Origin: Eledone cirrhosa
Taxonomy: Eukaryota
Reading direction: 5' to 3'
Assembly (NCBI GenBank): GCA_964016885.1
Contig: OZ024747.1
Location: 74,462,001-74,526,000, forward strand
DNA: 64,000 bases
A program made the position numbers and the translations under genes. The notes beneath the pieces were generated by a model. The model worked only from the letters and a program-made list of their open reading frames with translations, was not told where the DNA came from and made no database searches. Positions 50,470 through 64,000 of this stretch are shown one piece after another; positions within the stretch are counted from its first letter, which is position 1; the number at the start of each line of letters is the position of its first letter.

Positions 50470-50472
<3 letters not shown>
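49882..50472 (+). mobile_element. fold-back element with hammerhead
   Basis: Arms 49882-50139 / 50156-50413, unpaired tail 50414-50472, in (TA)n. Confidence 0.88.
50203..50247 (+). ncRNA. type-I hammerhead (mirror 50048-50092, minus)
   Basis: AGUCA-CUGAAGA-G-GUCAC...GUGAC-GAAA-GGAC-UA^-UGACU. Confidence 0.82.
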
Positions 50473-50510
<38 letters not shown>

Positions 50511-50516
<6 letters not shown>

Positions 50517-51231
50517 TAATATATATGAGTAATATATATGATGAAACAGATACCAACATATCTGTATTTATATTGCAAAAGAAACAGATATGTTGGTATC
50601 TGTTTCATCATATATATTACTCATATATATTACTTTTATACACGGCTCAGGAATATTTCCTTTCGAGCTAATTCCATTGTAAAAGAATTCCTTACACTTA
50701 ATATAACGGCTCTTCGTCGAGCTAAAATTCGCCTCATATATACGACTGTTATTTCTAGCAGTACGGTTATGAGACTAGCCTGAATCTGTGAACCCATGTG
50801 CGTCACACAGTCTTTTAAATTATTTAGAAGTGAAGCTTATCAATTGTCTCTGGATGTTTACTGAGGAGAGCAGTGGCAAGATATTCCTACACTTATACAC
50901 TTATCCATCTCGAAACATGTTTGGATTTTGAGGTTTAAACTTATCTACTGAACAGGTTTGACTTTGAAATTTAAATATGTATAAACATCATAGCCATTTG
51001 GCAGCACAGCTAGTTTTTGTCGATTTATTATTATTATTATTTTAGATCGATGTGGACGAACTGTGGTAAAATAATTAATATTCTTCAGTCTGGCTAACTT
51101 TCTTTTGCAATATAAATACAGATATGTTGGTATCTGTTTCATCATATATATTACTCATATATATTACTTTTATACACGGCTCAGGAATATTTCCTTTCGA
51201 GCTAATTCCATTGTAAAAGAATTCCTTACAC

Positions 51232-51237
<6 letters not shown>
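50511..51237 (+). mobile_element. short hammerhead-bearing element, terminally redundant with an inverted cap
   Basis: Direct repeat 50584-50705 / 51118-51237; 50511-50584 is the reverse complement of 51099-51172; TA tracts on both sides. Confidence 0.85.
50857..50925 (+). ncRNA. type-I hammerhead ribozyme
   Basis: UUUA-CUGAGGA-GAG...CUC-GAAA-CAUG-UU^-UGGA; palindromic ACAUGU. Confidence 0.7.
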
Positions 51238-51288
<51 letters not shown>

Positions 51289-52148
51289 ACATATAAGTGT
51301 GGCCGAAACTAGTGTTCGGGAATAGTTGAAGGTACCCGTGTTGTATTGAAGCGAATAACTATGTGTCTACTCTGGGAGTTTGTTTAACATTACCTAATGA
51401 GTACGCTGAGATGCAACCGGTCCTAGCAGTGGATATGCTAGTTCCGTCAACTTATTATTATATAAACATAAATTATCGAGATTCGCATTTCGGCCCACGA
51501 AATAACGAAAAACAACCTCCGAGATGTGAGGCAAGTGCTCAATGGTTCAGATGAACCAGAGCTATAACAAACGTTAAACGCCAAACACACTGAGACGATG
51601 GTTAAACAATCATTCGCATAGCCAAAAAAACGATCAAGTAATTCGGGTATTGAAAATTTACCCGGACCCCTGGAAGGTTGGTAAAATCCAGTATTTGGGT
51701 TTCTGCGGCTCCTAAATCAAGTACCGTCCGCTTACATAAATAATGTCAGGCTTCTGGTAATATGATTGAACAAGGAAGCCACTTTCTCAACAGGTTTTAG
51801 TTCAATGTTAATACAAGGACTGACTATTGCTGACTCCACGTGGGGATCGGCAAGGGAGGCAGCCCCTATATCAGGCGAATAAATTCAGTTGTGTATATTT
51901 TTGCAAGAATGCAAAAACATCACAAATCGAATAGAGTTCTCAACAGAAGGGTTAAAATTAACATAAGCTATTCATCAGTCAATAGAATCAACTAAAAAAT
52001 CAAGAAAATTAACTGGTCAATAGCTAGAGTCTGGAGATAAATACAAACATATATATATATATGTAAAAGGTAAACAGAAATAACAACACAATCGGTGCAG
52101 TATATGGAAGGGATATATTAGGTTAACGCTTGATATAGCAGGAAAGGG

Positions 52149-52184
52149 TCTTAACGTTTCGGACGCAAGTCCTTCATCAGAAGA
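52149..52184 (-). ncRNA. minimal hammerhead in a third copy (52061-52240) of the 20.2-21.0 kb family
   Basis: UCUU-CUGAUGA-A-GGAC(UUGC)GUCC-GAAAC-GUU^-AAGA. Confidence 0.82.
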
Positions 52185-52240
52185 AAGAATGAGAAATAAG
52201 ATAGATTGAGGGGACGGGCGGGTTGGGATTGAAAAAAAAT

Positions 52241-52311
<71 letters not shown>

Positions 52312-53018
52312 TATATCCAAAATACGGCACAATCCTAGTGATGAAATGTGTATTTATTGACTTCTCCTCTATAAATGATTAAACTACTCTAAGTGAAGCT
52401 GGATAATGATAAATCTCTGAACGACAAACATTGTGATCTATAGTTAGTTCAGACTTGCAATCATTATCCAGGATACTATTAGTTGTATGTTTGATTCTGT
52501 GCGTGATTAAAGATCACGAAATATAAGAAACGTCTATTGATAGAATATGTAGCGTACGATATTGTTTCTCTAAAGAATAGTTTACTTTTCTTTACCTCAA
52601 ACATGTGATACTGGAGTCTATTGCATCATTTCATCAAACACTGCTGACATTAGACTGATTAAATTATGTAAAGATAATCAGTTTCTATGAGTGGCGTGTT
52701 TGGAATATTAGATATTTGAAAAATATTCGCCACTTCACTAATTAATTATTTTCATTATTTATTATTTATTATTTATGTAGTGGCAAAGTTAACACGTTTG
52801 CTAGTGTGCGAAATTGGATAATACAAAAAAAATTCAGTTTGTTAAATTGTTTTTATTTATTTTTTTATTTTTGTTGTTGAAATTCTTGAATTGTGAGTTG
52901 ACTTTTTTCTTCTCGAATCCTGTAACACCAGTTAGACTTTGTAAGACGAATTGCATGTTTTAGAAGAAATAGTAATGTATATACGACATTTAGAAGTTTT
53001 TCTTAACACAATCCTATA

Positions 53019-53105
53019 TACGAGGGTTGGCTGAACAGTTCATAGGCTGACCAAGATACTCTCATGGAATAATAAAATGAGGTTTATTTTTCAACATAGT
53101 CCCTG
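53019..53105 (+). mobile_element. possible mariner-type transposon end fragment
   Basis: TA-CGAGGGTTGGCTGAACAGTT start and ttttcaacatagtccc resemble mariner termini; no partner TIR found. Confidence 0.45.
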
Positions 53106-53496
53106 GGAAGAAACAATGCAGTTATTAGTAAGAAGAGTTAAAATTGATGCATGCAATATTCTACCTATAGACGTTTGAGCCGAGCCTCGTTCAACATAAC
53201 TAGGAACCCAGTAAGAGGTCGCTGAATCTACTAGAAATAGCAATCAAACTGGTCTCAAATCTCAGCGCACTAGCTGGACAGTGCAGGCTTAGATATACAA
53301 AAACACGGCCATTCTCTACGGTTGAAACGACTTTAATCATGTCTGCTGGATCGGAACCGATCTCTGACTAAGCAAAACAACAGCCATCTGGTTTACGAAG
53401 CATCAAGAAAGTCTGAACATGCTAGAAACAGCAGCTAAATCTCAATCGTAAGACAAAACATGACCACATAGGATAATATAGTACTCGACATAATTG

Positions 53497-53820
53497 TTTA
53501 TACTTTTGGCACAAGGCCAACAATTACCCCAGTGCATTACTGGTACTTTATTTTATCGGCCCCGTAAGGAAGAAAGGCAAAGTTAAGCTCGGCAGGATTT
53601 GAACTTAGACCGTAACTTTATGCTTCAAAGCAAGTTGTCTAAAGCTCTACCAATACTGCCAATTTCTGATTTAGGGGGAGGGGTAAATCGATTAAAACAA
53701 CCCCAGTGCGTTACTGGTACTTTATTTTATCAACTTCGTAAGGATGAAAGGCAAAGTAAACTTTGGCGGGATTTGAACACAGAACTTAAACGGTCGTAAC
53801 TCTATGCCAATCCACCGCCA
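53497..53820 (-). mobile_element. two adjacent SINE family A copies
   Basis: ctggtactttattttatc...gaaaggcaaagt...gatttgaac occurs twice. Confidence 0.85.
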
Positions 53821-55767
53821 TCATATTTCTAGATGTAATGATATACAAAAACACAGGATGCTCTCGATTGGAAATCCCATTGTATGCATAATTAGAGCTG
53901 ACATGGAACTAGACAACAACGCTAACAACAGCAACATTTCAATAAGATGCTACATGTTATAGCAATGTAGATAAGTGTCGCTATATGAACCATTCCTTCA
54001 CAATTACTCAGCAATCGAAAAATAAGTTACATAGAGGTGAAAACTGTTATATTCTGCTGTTGTTGTATTTCCATATAGAAAGAAATAATATATAAGGACA
54101 TAACCTTGACACTTGTATGTCTCTTTCTATCTCTCTCTCTCTATCTCGCTCTCTCTTTTTTTCTCTCTTTCTCTTTCACTCTCTTTCTCTCTCTCTCTTT
54201 TTATTCCACTCTCTCTTTCTCTTTCTCTCTCTCTCTCTCTCTGCCTATCTATCTTTCTACCTATCAATATTTCTATTTATTTATCTCACTTTCTCTCTAT
54301 ATCTCTCTCTATCTATCTATTTATCTTCATCACTCTCCCACTCACGTACACACACACACACACACACACAAACCAGTTATAATTACATACGCTGCCTTTT
54401 AATTCTTTTCTGTTTCTGTTAAGAGGTTAAATTCTACCGTTTAGTCTCACAGAACTCCTCTGCGACATTCCATTGATTCCACCGTTCACGGTCACTGGGT
54501 TGTCTTTCTATTCAGCTTTACTCTAAATCAGATCGTTGGTCAAGCAGATTTTCCTTTCGGCCACTATTATGCATAGATGGACAATCTGGTTCTCTCAATC
54601 ATTTTATTTGCTTTGATTTTCTCTTGCAATGAAACATCAGAGCCATGTGTGTCTGTGTATATGTGTGACTGTGTGTCTGTGTGTCTGTGTGACTGTGTGT
54701 CTGTGTGTTTGTGTGTGTATTTGTATGTGTATACGTGAGTGTATATGTATGTGAAAATACACATTTTAGTGTTTATATTTGTATGTGTGTTTATCTGTGA
54801 ATATGTGTCTGTTTGTGATTTTGTTTGTGTGGTTTTGTGTATGTATCTATTGAAATATTTTTGTATATGATATTCACGTGTATATGTGTGTGTGTGTGTG
54901 TGCTAAGATATGCCAGCGTGTGTGTAAATATGTATGTGTGTGTGTGTGTAACTATATGTATTTTTTCTATACTTGGAATGTATGTATGTGCAAGCATATG
55001 TCAGCGTATGTGCATGTGTGTAATTATATGTATTTGTTTATACTTGTAATGTGTGTGTGTGCGCGTTTGTGCATATGTATGTGTGTGTGCGTTCGCTCGC
55101 ATGTGTGTGTGTGCGTGTATGTGATCGCCAGCTGCAATAGATAACTTTGACATGATCCGTAACGGAACTTCACAAATGTCAAATGTTATGATCTTTCAGA
55201 AAGTAAATTCACAACAGTGTCCTTGGATAACAATTTCTCCAAGAATCTGAAAACAAAGGAAATTGCAGCCGACGTTCAGCATTATTGCAGGAAAGAACCT
55301 TTTCATTTAAGAGAGAAAAAATCGCAATCGATAATTTTTAATTGCTTGCTTGCTGTGTTGTTTATTTGTTTAAATCTATTACCTGAAATTAACAATCCTG
55401 GACAAATATTCGTCTCTTGCTCGTAATATTGATTCTTGACATAAGCACAAGGCTGTGGAAGGAAGTAATATATTTTATTAATATCGACCTTGAACTTAGA
55501 TGATCTATTATTTTATTGAGGTTGTCCATCTTTCTTCTTTATCTATTTACACATATATTCTTCTCTCTCTGTGACTCCCTTAAATTGTTCACATAAACAA
55601 TGACGCTCGTGTAACTAGACAAATCTTCTTCAAATCACGCTCTGATTTCGTATGTCTGTTCAATTAAGGCTAATCTGGAGTTAAACAACAATAACAGCAG
55701 CAGTAACAACAACCGCAATGACAGATAATGTAGAATAGATTAGTCTTAGAAACAAAATGAAACTGAA

Positions 55768-55958
55768 TAATTGTTTCTACTTTTGGCACAAGGCCAGCAA
55801 TTATCCAATGCATTACTGGTACTTTATTTTATCGACCTCGTAAGGATGAAAGGCAAAGTTAACCTCGGCGAGATTTGACCTCAGAATGTAAAGGGCCATA
55901 ACTCTATGCTGTAAAGCATGGTGTCTGACGCTCTACCGATACTGCCAATTCACCGCCC
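55768..55958 (-). mobile_element. SINE family A
   Basis: Reverse complement of the family A consensus. Confidence 0.9.
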
Positions 55959-56164
55959 CTGAAACTGAATAATGATATATGGTTTGGTCCCGTAATTCCT
56001 AATGGAGTCGTATGGGCGCCGTATTGACATACGGCGTTTCTAGAGCCTGGCGGATCTCAACCTTCTCCAAGCTAGGGTATAGTAGATTTCTTCCAGAAAA
56101 AGATAGAACGTGAGAGAGAAGTGAGAAAGAGATATAGAAGAAGAATCAATCTTAGTTTTTGACT

Positions 56165-56288
56165 TATACATTTTTTATCGACCTCGAAAGGCTGAAAGGC
56201 AAAGTTGACCTTGGTGGAATTTGAACTGAGAGAGCAGAGAGTCGGAACAAATACCATAAAGCATTCTATCCGACGTTCTTCGCCGCCT
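56165..56288 (-). mobile_element. SINE family A, older copy
   Basis: tttatcgacctcgaaaggctgaaaggcaaagttgacc...atttgaact. Confidence 0.75.
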
Positions 56289-57866
56289 TAATAATGGTAT
56301 ATCCCATCAAATATTGATAATGTTTAATCTCTCTATGGCTGTATTGTACTAGTGCCTTAGTTATTGTTGCTGTTGCCATTGGTTTGCCCAAGTTCAACCC
56401 GGACGATCCCGTCTCTTTTTTCAGATATTGTCTAATATTTTGCTTAGTTCTTTTTGCAGAGTTGGCATCACGTTATTTAATGTATCTGTCCCTTTTTTTA
56501 AAACAATGGTCTCATGATTTAAGGGAGAATTGAATGTTGTTTTAGAATAAGTGTATACGCATGAATAACTCGGAACTAAATTAAATTTACTAGATGGTCT
56601 GTTAGATTTCTATATAAATATGGGGCAGATTTATTATAAAGACTATCAACCAAAATGAAAACAAATTTATGAATGCCATATCTGAAAATATACTTCTATT
56701 ATGATCAGTTGATGATTATATTGTGCGCATGCGTTTAGATAATTGCCATATTCAATGTTTCGCTCTTTGACTATATACACAGAATTCAATGAAAAGATTT
56801 CTGCCTTTACATTAGAGTCACGGTTGCGAGTGTCATAATAGATTGAGTGTTACTGCTTTTATTGAGGATAATATTAACGGTCACGTCTGAAGTTTTATAG
56901 ACTTTCCACTAGAATAAATTTAGTTTAAAATCTTTTGTTCATATCCATCACGTGATTGTCCTAATACTTCCGGTTAATTAAAGGCACAAGCTTATTATTG
57001 ACATTTTGCTTTGATATCGGTTCGTTATTATTTCATTAGAAAATAACATCCTATGAAAATATTGCTCTCTCATGCGCACATCCTCATTTGAATTTACTTG
57101 AACACAGTCTAAGCATATAAGCGGCGATATTATAACAGCCCATGTCGCCTTTATTACAAATATGTATTATCTGGGCTATTGTTTCTGTTTCTTATTCTTA
57201 TTGACATGATTTCATAGTCTGTAGAGTATTTTATTCCATGTCAAACCAAACGAGACCTTATTGTACCAAAACGAGTCTGTTATTGTTATCATATCTATCC
57301 ACTGAATGATCCCTAACCTGCCAATCATTGATTTTCAATATGTATTTGATCTGTCCCGGCCATTTTTTAACTGATTGGCTTCTTGTAATGAACAGCCTGG
57401 TGATGTTTATCTGAACTATTGGTCCGGACGGTAAAAAGTCAAACAATAGGTACTTATGACTCATAATTATAGTGGACAGGCAGCACAAAGCTTTTAATCC
57501 TGACGCCCCATAGCGAAATCCTCGCTATCAAAGCTAGATTGAAAATATGGCGACAAAGCTTTATCTAACATCTTTTATACTGTTTTATCGCTGTGAAATC
57601 TCAGAGAAATGATAAGAAATATGGCAAACAGTACAACCGCTGATTCAAAACAACCAGATATGTCTAAGTATTACTCATACGTTATTGAAATATAGTGCCT
57701 GATATGAAGCAAAGATAAATATTTATAAGTTTATAGTCCATCATGACTCCCACTTCCAGGGACGATATTTATTTAATGGTAGGCATCAATCTTTCTAAAA
57801 ACAGAAAAATAAAAACTATTGTGAGATTTTAGGATTTGAAGATATGAAGGAATAAGGTTAATATTT

Positions 57867-57941
<75 letters not shown>

Positions 57942-58888
57942 GCATGTGTGTGTGTGTATATGAGTGTGTGTAAATAGAAGATCTACGGAATACATTTTAA
58001 AAGAGCAAAACGGTATTCATGTTAAATTCATGTGCTTGTATGTGCCTATACATATGTGTATGTGATATTATGTGTATGTATGTGATATTATGTGTGTGTG
58101 TGTGTGTGTGTGTACTCATTCTCACACACAACAACCAAATGGAAGAATATAAATAACTGAATATAAACGTTATCACACATCTCATCACTGTTGATATCTA
58201 CGGCTAATGTTCACATATACACACTTACGTACACACACACGCTTACGTACACACACACACATGCACACACACACACACACACAAACATACACACTTATAC
58301 ACATGGACATATTCCTTACATGTAATTTTATAAATGTGTATATATGCGTAAATATGCGTAAATATGTGTATGTATGTATGTGTATGTGTGTGTGTCTGTG
58401 TGTGTGTCTGTATACATACATATTATTTTATGAGTTGCTGTGTGTTTGTTTTTGAGTGTGTCTCTGTGTGTGTATATATATCCATACGATTATGTGCGTT
58501 ACTGTGTGCGTGTGTATGTGTGTATACATCCATACGGTTATGTGTGTTACTATGTGTATCTGTGTGTATGTGTGTATGTGTGTGTGAATATACATACGGT
58601 TATGTGTGTGTATATACATACATACGATTATGTGTGTTATTGTGTATGTAGAAGTACTCAGTAAGAGATTTATAGGTCTATAAAATGTTTCCAAATGTTT
58701 CCAATAAACTCTTCTATTCAATCATAATAGCTGATCAAACTTTCTAAAACCACAATCCTTGCATTGATTAGACTATTCTACTCTGGCTATTTCAAGAACG
58801 TTGGTAAATATATTTTTAACGTCAAGTTCTAATATCTTATTTGATGACACTATAATATATGTAACACTCATTATACTATCGATGGAAG

Positions 58889-59037
58889 ATGAAAGACTGC
58901 TCAGCATGTGACTGTAGGGACCCTGACCAGACAGTGCTGCATGTTGGTCGTGATTGCCCCCCCCCCCTCAGATGTTTACCCGGGCCCCTTGAGACAATTC
59001 ATAATGCTAAAAATTATGCCTTAGTCTGGCTCACCTA
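58889..59037 (+). pseudogene. extreme 3' fragment of another LINE (C-terminal Cys/His motif)
   Basis: SACDCRDPDQTVLHVGRDCP...LETIH...ALVWL resembles the C-terminal CxC..QT..H...CP motif of some non-LTR ORFs. Confidence 0.5.
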
Positions 59038-59062
59038 TCTCTCTCTCTCTCTCTCTCTCTCG

Positions 59063-59132
<70 letters not shown>

Positions 59133-59148
59133 GTAATAATAATTAATG

Positions 59149-59318
59149 TGAAGACTAAAATCCAAAGAGGGCTCGATAAGGAAATATATATATCAAATAT
59201 ATAAGAACCCTAGAGCAAATATTTATTAAAATAACAGATTAAAGTTTAACCAAAGCATCGCTAAGGGTGAAAGCAGCGATTCTTTGCTTAAACTTTAATC
59301 TGTTATTTTAATAAATAT
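59149..59318 (-). mobile_element. micro fold-back copy of the 45690-46903 family
   Basis: gaagactaaaatccaaagagggctcgataagg matches 45692 onward; hairpin 59218-59262 / 59275-59318. Confidence 0.85.
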
Positions 59319-59369
59319 ATATATATACAATATTAAATAAATGGAAAACTATATTTATAAAACCATATT

Positions 59370-59435
59370 TATTTCATTATATATATTTCGGGGATATCAT
59401 ATTAACAATATGCTATGCCTTCATCAGACAAAATA
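59370..59435 (-). ncRNA. type-I hammerhead (mirror 63095-63160, plus)
   Basis: UAUUUUGU-CUGAUGA-A-GG[CAUAUU GUU AAUAUG]CC-GAAA-UAUAUA-UA^-AUGAAAUA. Confidence 0.8.
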
Positions 59436-60888
59436 CAATATAAACAGTTTTATAGATAAATAGATTCGACATACCGTAATAACACCGACTTCATTTGAAG
59501 AGGTTTACGCTGGCAGTGAAAAAATTTTATACAGAGAGAAAGAAAGAGAGAAAAAAGAAAGAAAGACAAAACGAAGAAAAGGAAGAAAAAGAAGAAAAAG
59601 AAAAAGAAGAAATGCAAGGAACAAAATAGAGAGATGGAAAGATAGATAAAGCGAAGAACTTCATGTAAAGAAACAGAAAGAGACATATATATATATAGAG
59701 AGAGGAAATAGAGATAGATACATATATATATAGAAAATTAGGTAGTGGGAGATCATTTTGAGTAAATGTATCAATGATACATTTATTTATTTATTTATTT
59801 ATTTAGCTCAGGTATTAATGTAAGGGAGATATATATAGAGAAAAAAATATAGAGAGAGGAAAAAATAGCGAGAGAAAAAAATTTAAAAATAGCCAGACAT
59901 ATTCGAGGCGCAAAAACCCTATGTTTTAATGTATTAGTATTTATAAAACTTACACTATATTGTAAATATCAGTATTCCTGAATGAGACAAGTATCCATAA
60001 TCTGTGAAAATTAATTATCTTATGTTTAGTTTTAAAAAATTCATATGTTTATGTGACAGCTACAAACATCCATGCGAATCCAACTGATTCACTCTGCAAA
60101 CTCTAAGTTCACGGAAAACATTCTCAATGTGGTATAAAAATTTGAGCGTATTATTATTCCTGTCATTACTCTACAAGATTATCTATCAAGCAGAAATAGA
60201 GAGCAGATTTCAATATACTAATAAAAATATATATTATAAACAAAACTAAAAATAAAAAGATAGCAATAATAATAATAAGTAAATAAAAATATAGAATAGA
60301 AAACTAAAAAGATATTACGAAAGAATATTACATAATAAAAATATTACATATTAAAAATACTACGTATTAAAAAATATTACGTATTAAAAATTTACATTTT
60401 AAAGATATTAAAAATAAAAATAAAAATAAAAAATAAAAAATAAAAAATATTATAGAATACTACAATAATAAAAAATAAAAATAAAAATAAAAATAAAAAT
60501 AAAAATAAAAATAAATAAAAATAAAAATAAACCACAAAGAACAACCCTTCAAAATTAATTGACAATATATTGCCAAGTTCATTACAAGACAAAGCCAAAA
60601 ATTATCTATCAAATCACATCTAGCAAAGATCATTTCAAAAAGATTATGATGTCCAATTAGGTCTACATATGTTCTTATATTTAATATAGAAGTTTATCTA
60701 GTGTAAGGTTAATTCAAAAAATTTGGAGCATCAGCTTTTAGGGTAGCTTAATTTTTCATGAGGAATGTTTAGATAAAAATAAAATAAAAATAAACAATAA
60801 AAAGAGAAAAAAAGAGGGAATCAAAGATTTAGGAATCAAAAAATTTATCGGCTAGTTTCCCATATAAATATAAATCAAACTAAATATA

Positions 60889-62238
60889 CTACATTTTAAA
60901 TTTAAATTTATATTTAAACGTTGAGTTTAATCTATGTTTGCAACAACTGAATAAATTTGTCCGTAGGTTAAGGGAATTTTTAGATTTTAGTATAAAGAAT
61001 ATCTCCTCTGCGCAGAGGTCACATGTCTCAGAGGATGAATTAAAAGGAATCCCTCTTGAGACTATATTCCAAGCCATCGAATATCTAACGTTATCTAGCT
61101 TAAGTTGCCAGAGTACGCCTGATAGTGCCGTTGAAGATTTTTTACTTGGATCTGTGAAAGAATTCTTGTGGTTATTATAGCGAAGTTTAAATTCCGTCGA
61201 TGTGGAACCGACGTAGTTAAAAGAATTAGAGTCAGTATTAACATTACAATTGTATACTATATTTTTAACTAAGCAGTTGTTATTTAACAGACATTTAGAT
61301 CTATCTCTACAGTTACATTTGTTAACTTGTATATTATTTATGCTATTATCAGTAGGTTTTAAGTTCCTATTATTTATTCTATTAATATTTTGTGCTAAAT
61401 TTTTGGTGGATGAGTAGGTTAATTTAATTGTATGCCTATTGAAAATTGAGTGATACCTATGTGTTCTAGGGAAGCGATTATCAAGAGCTTTGAAAAATAA
61501 TTTAGCGATGTGGGTTTTAATGTTTAGTGAGAAAGGGGGGGCAAACCAAATTATGTTCCTAGTTCTATTTCTTTTTTGTCCTTTGGAATTATTGTAATGC
61601 TTTCTATTATAGTTGTTAATGTTGTTGCCGTAATTAAAAAAGTTGTTACTTTGTTTAGTTTGTCTATCATTATCTATGTACACAATCTTATCAGCATATC
61701 CTGCCCTAGCTAGTGCTTCATTATAGTATTGGGCCTTTTCGTCGAAAATCTTTCTATTCGACGAGATCCTAGAGATACGTTTTTGGACTGAGTTTACAAT
61801 AGTGTTTTTGACAGATCTGGGGTGGTTAGAGTTAAAGTTGACATAGTTTAAGTTTTCATTCAACTTGTGAAAAGGATAGTGGAGACATGTGTTGAGATTT
61901 AATGTTATATCTAGGAAATTGACTATTCTATGGTTGTTCTCAATTTCTATTTTAAGGTTAAAGTAATTAAAAAATTTTGTAATTTGTTTACATTTTCTAT
62001 TTAGTTCAGGGTTATTATTATTAATAAGTAAAAGCATGTCATCCCTATATAAACCTCCGGTAGTACCAGGTATTTTCCTATGTAGCGAATTGATTAAAAA
62101 TAATCCCACAGGGTCAGTTACCTGAGCTGAGTCGGAAGATCCCATAGTTATGTCAAAATTGCTATCTCTATCTGCTCTGGTCCATAATTTGTCATTAAAT
62201 TCTATCAAAGTTTTCCTAGCCGATAATATAATATGCAT
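60889..62238 (-). CDS. 5'-truncated PLE RT plus GIY-YIG endonuclease (Naiad-like CxCx5C linker)
   Basis: FDITMGS, GGLYRDD, VNFLDITL, SNHP, IIWFAPPFS, CNCRDRSKC, IVY...YVGST...FKLRYNNH, CDLC, CKH. Confidence 0.93.
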   Translation of the reverse strand: MHIILSARKTLIEFNDKLWTRADRDSNFDITMGSSDSAQVTDPVGLFLINSLHRKIPGTTGGLYRDDMLLLINNNNPELNRKCKQITKFFNYFNLKIEIENNHRIVNFLDITLNLNTCLHYPFHKLNENLNYVNFNSNHPRSVKNTIVNSVQKRISRISSNRKIFDEKAQYYNEALARAGYADKIVYIDNDRQTKQSNNFFNYGNNINNYNRKHYNNSKGQKRNRTRNIIWFAPPFSLNIKTHIAKLFFKALDNRFPRTHRYHSIFNRHTIKLTYSSTKNLAQNINRINNRNLKPTDNSINNIQVNKCNCRDRSKCLLNNNCLVKNIVYNCNVNTDSNSFNYVGSTSTEFKLRYNNHKNSFTDPSKKSSTALSGVLWQLKLDNVRYSMAWNIVSRGIPFNSSSETCDLCAEEIFFILKSKNSLNLRTNLFSCCKHRLNSTFKYKFKFKM

Positions 62239-63288
62239 TTCTTTGCTAGTTAGGTCAGTATTATTGTTATCTTTTTATTTTTAGTTTTGTTTATAATATA
62301 TATTTTTATTAGTATATTGAAATCTGCTCTCTATTTCTGCTTGATAGATAATCTTGTAGAGTAATGACAGGAATAATAATACGCTCAAATTTTTATACCA
62401 CATTGAGAATGTTTTCCGTGAACTTAGAGTTTGCAGAGTGAATCAGTTGGATTCGCATGGATGTTTGTAGCTGTCACATAAACATATGAATTTTTTAAAA
62501 CTAAACATAAGATAATTAATTTTCACACATTATGGATACTTGTCTCATTCAGGAATACTGATATTTACAATATAGTGTAAGTTTTATAAATACTAATACA
62601 TTAAAACATAGGGTTTTTGCGCCTCGAATATGTCTGGCTATTTTTAAATTTTTTTCTCTCGCTATTTTTTCCTCTCTATATATTTTTTTCTCTCTATATA
62701 TCTCCCTTACATTAATACCTGAGCTAAATAAATAAATAAATAAATAAATGTATCATTGATACATTTACTCAAAATGACCTCCCACTACCTAATTTTCTAT
62801 ATATATATGTATCTATCTCTATTTCCTCTCTCTATATATATATATGTCTCTTTCTGTTTCTTTACATGAAGTTCTTCGCTTTATCTATCTTTCCATCTCT
62901 CTATTTTGTTCCATGCATTTCTTCTTTTTCTTTTTCTTCTTTTTCTTCCTTTTCTTCGTTTTGTCTTTCTTTCTTTTTTCTCTCTTTCTTTCTCTCTGTA
63001 TAAAATTTTTTCACTGCCAGCGTAAACCTCTTCAAATGAAGTCGGTGTTATTACGGTATGTCGAATCTATTTATCTATAAAACTGTTTATATTGTATTTT
63101 GTCTGATGAAGGCATAGCATATTGTTAATATGATATCCCCGAAATATATATAATGAAATAAATATGGTTTTATAAATATAGTTTTCCATTTATTTAATAT
63201 TGTAAATATACTCCAAATATTTGTCGAGTGCTTTTATATCAGTTATAAATATTTACTAGTTGTAACCCAACAATTTTAAATATAACTT

Positions 63289-64000
<712 letters not shown>

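Noticed and set aside
51295-51320. ggccGAAACTAGTG resembling a hammerhead 3' half
   Set aside because: No upstream CUGANGA, and the cleavage position would be G.
57240-57560. Non-repetitive segment with CCAAT/ATTGG boxes, a possible regulatory element
   Set aside because: Short motifs are expected by chance; no linked gene or conservation data.
60889-62238. Selenocysteine recoding reported for some Naiad PLEs
   Set aside because: No in-frame UGA in the PLE coding fragments here and no SECIS recognised.

Overview
AT-rich, repeat-saturated animal genomic DNA. The microsatellite and SINE content suggests a cephalopod such as Octopus, which is an inference. No intact host gene is evident; there is at most one candidate 98-nt exon. 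The window holds an apparently intact two-ORF Tx1-type LINE (33494-39336), a decayed R4/Dong-type LINE, a deleted RTE LINE with C-terminal C2H2 fingers, many tRNA-derived SINEs and three minisatellites (29, 69 and 70 bp units). The most striking content is a dense population of Penelope-like elements (PLEs) and short non-coding derivatives inserted in (TA)n tracts. About ten sequence-unrelated families each carry a type-I hammerhead ribozyme, which I read by eye. Most form asymmetric head-to-head fold-backs. Two are terminally redundant 534- and 659-nt monomers that look like retrozyme or circular-RNA products. Most short ORFs in the supplied track are microsatellite artefacts.
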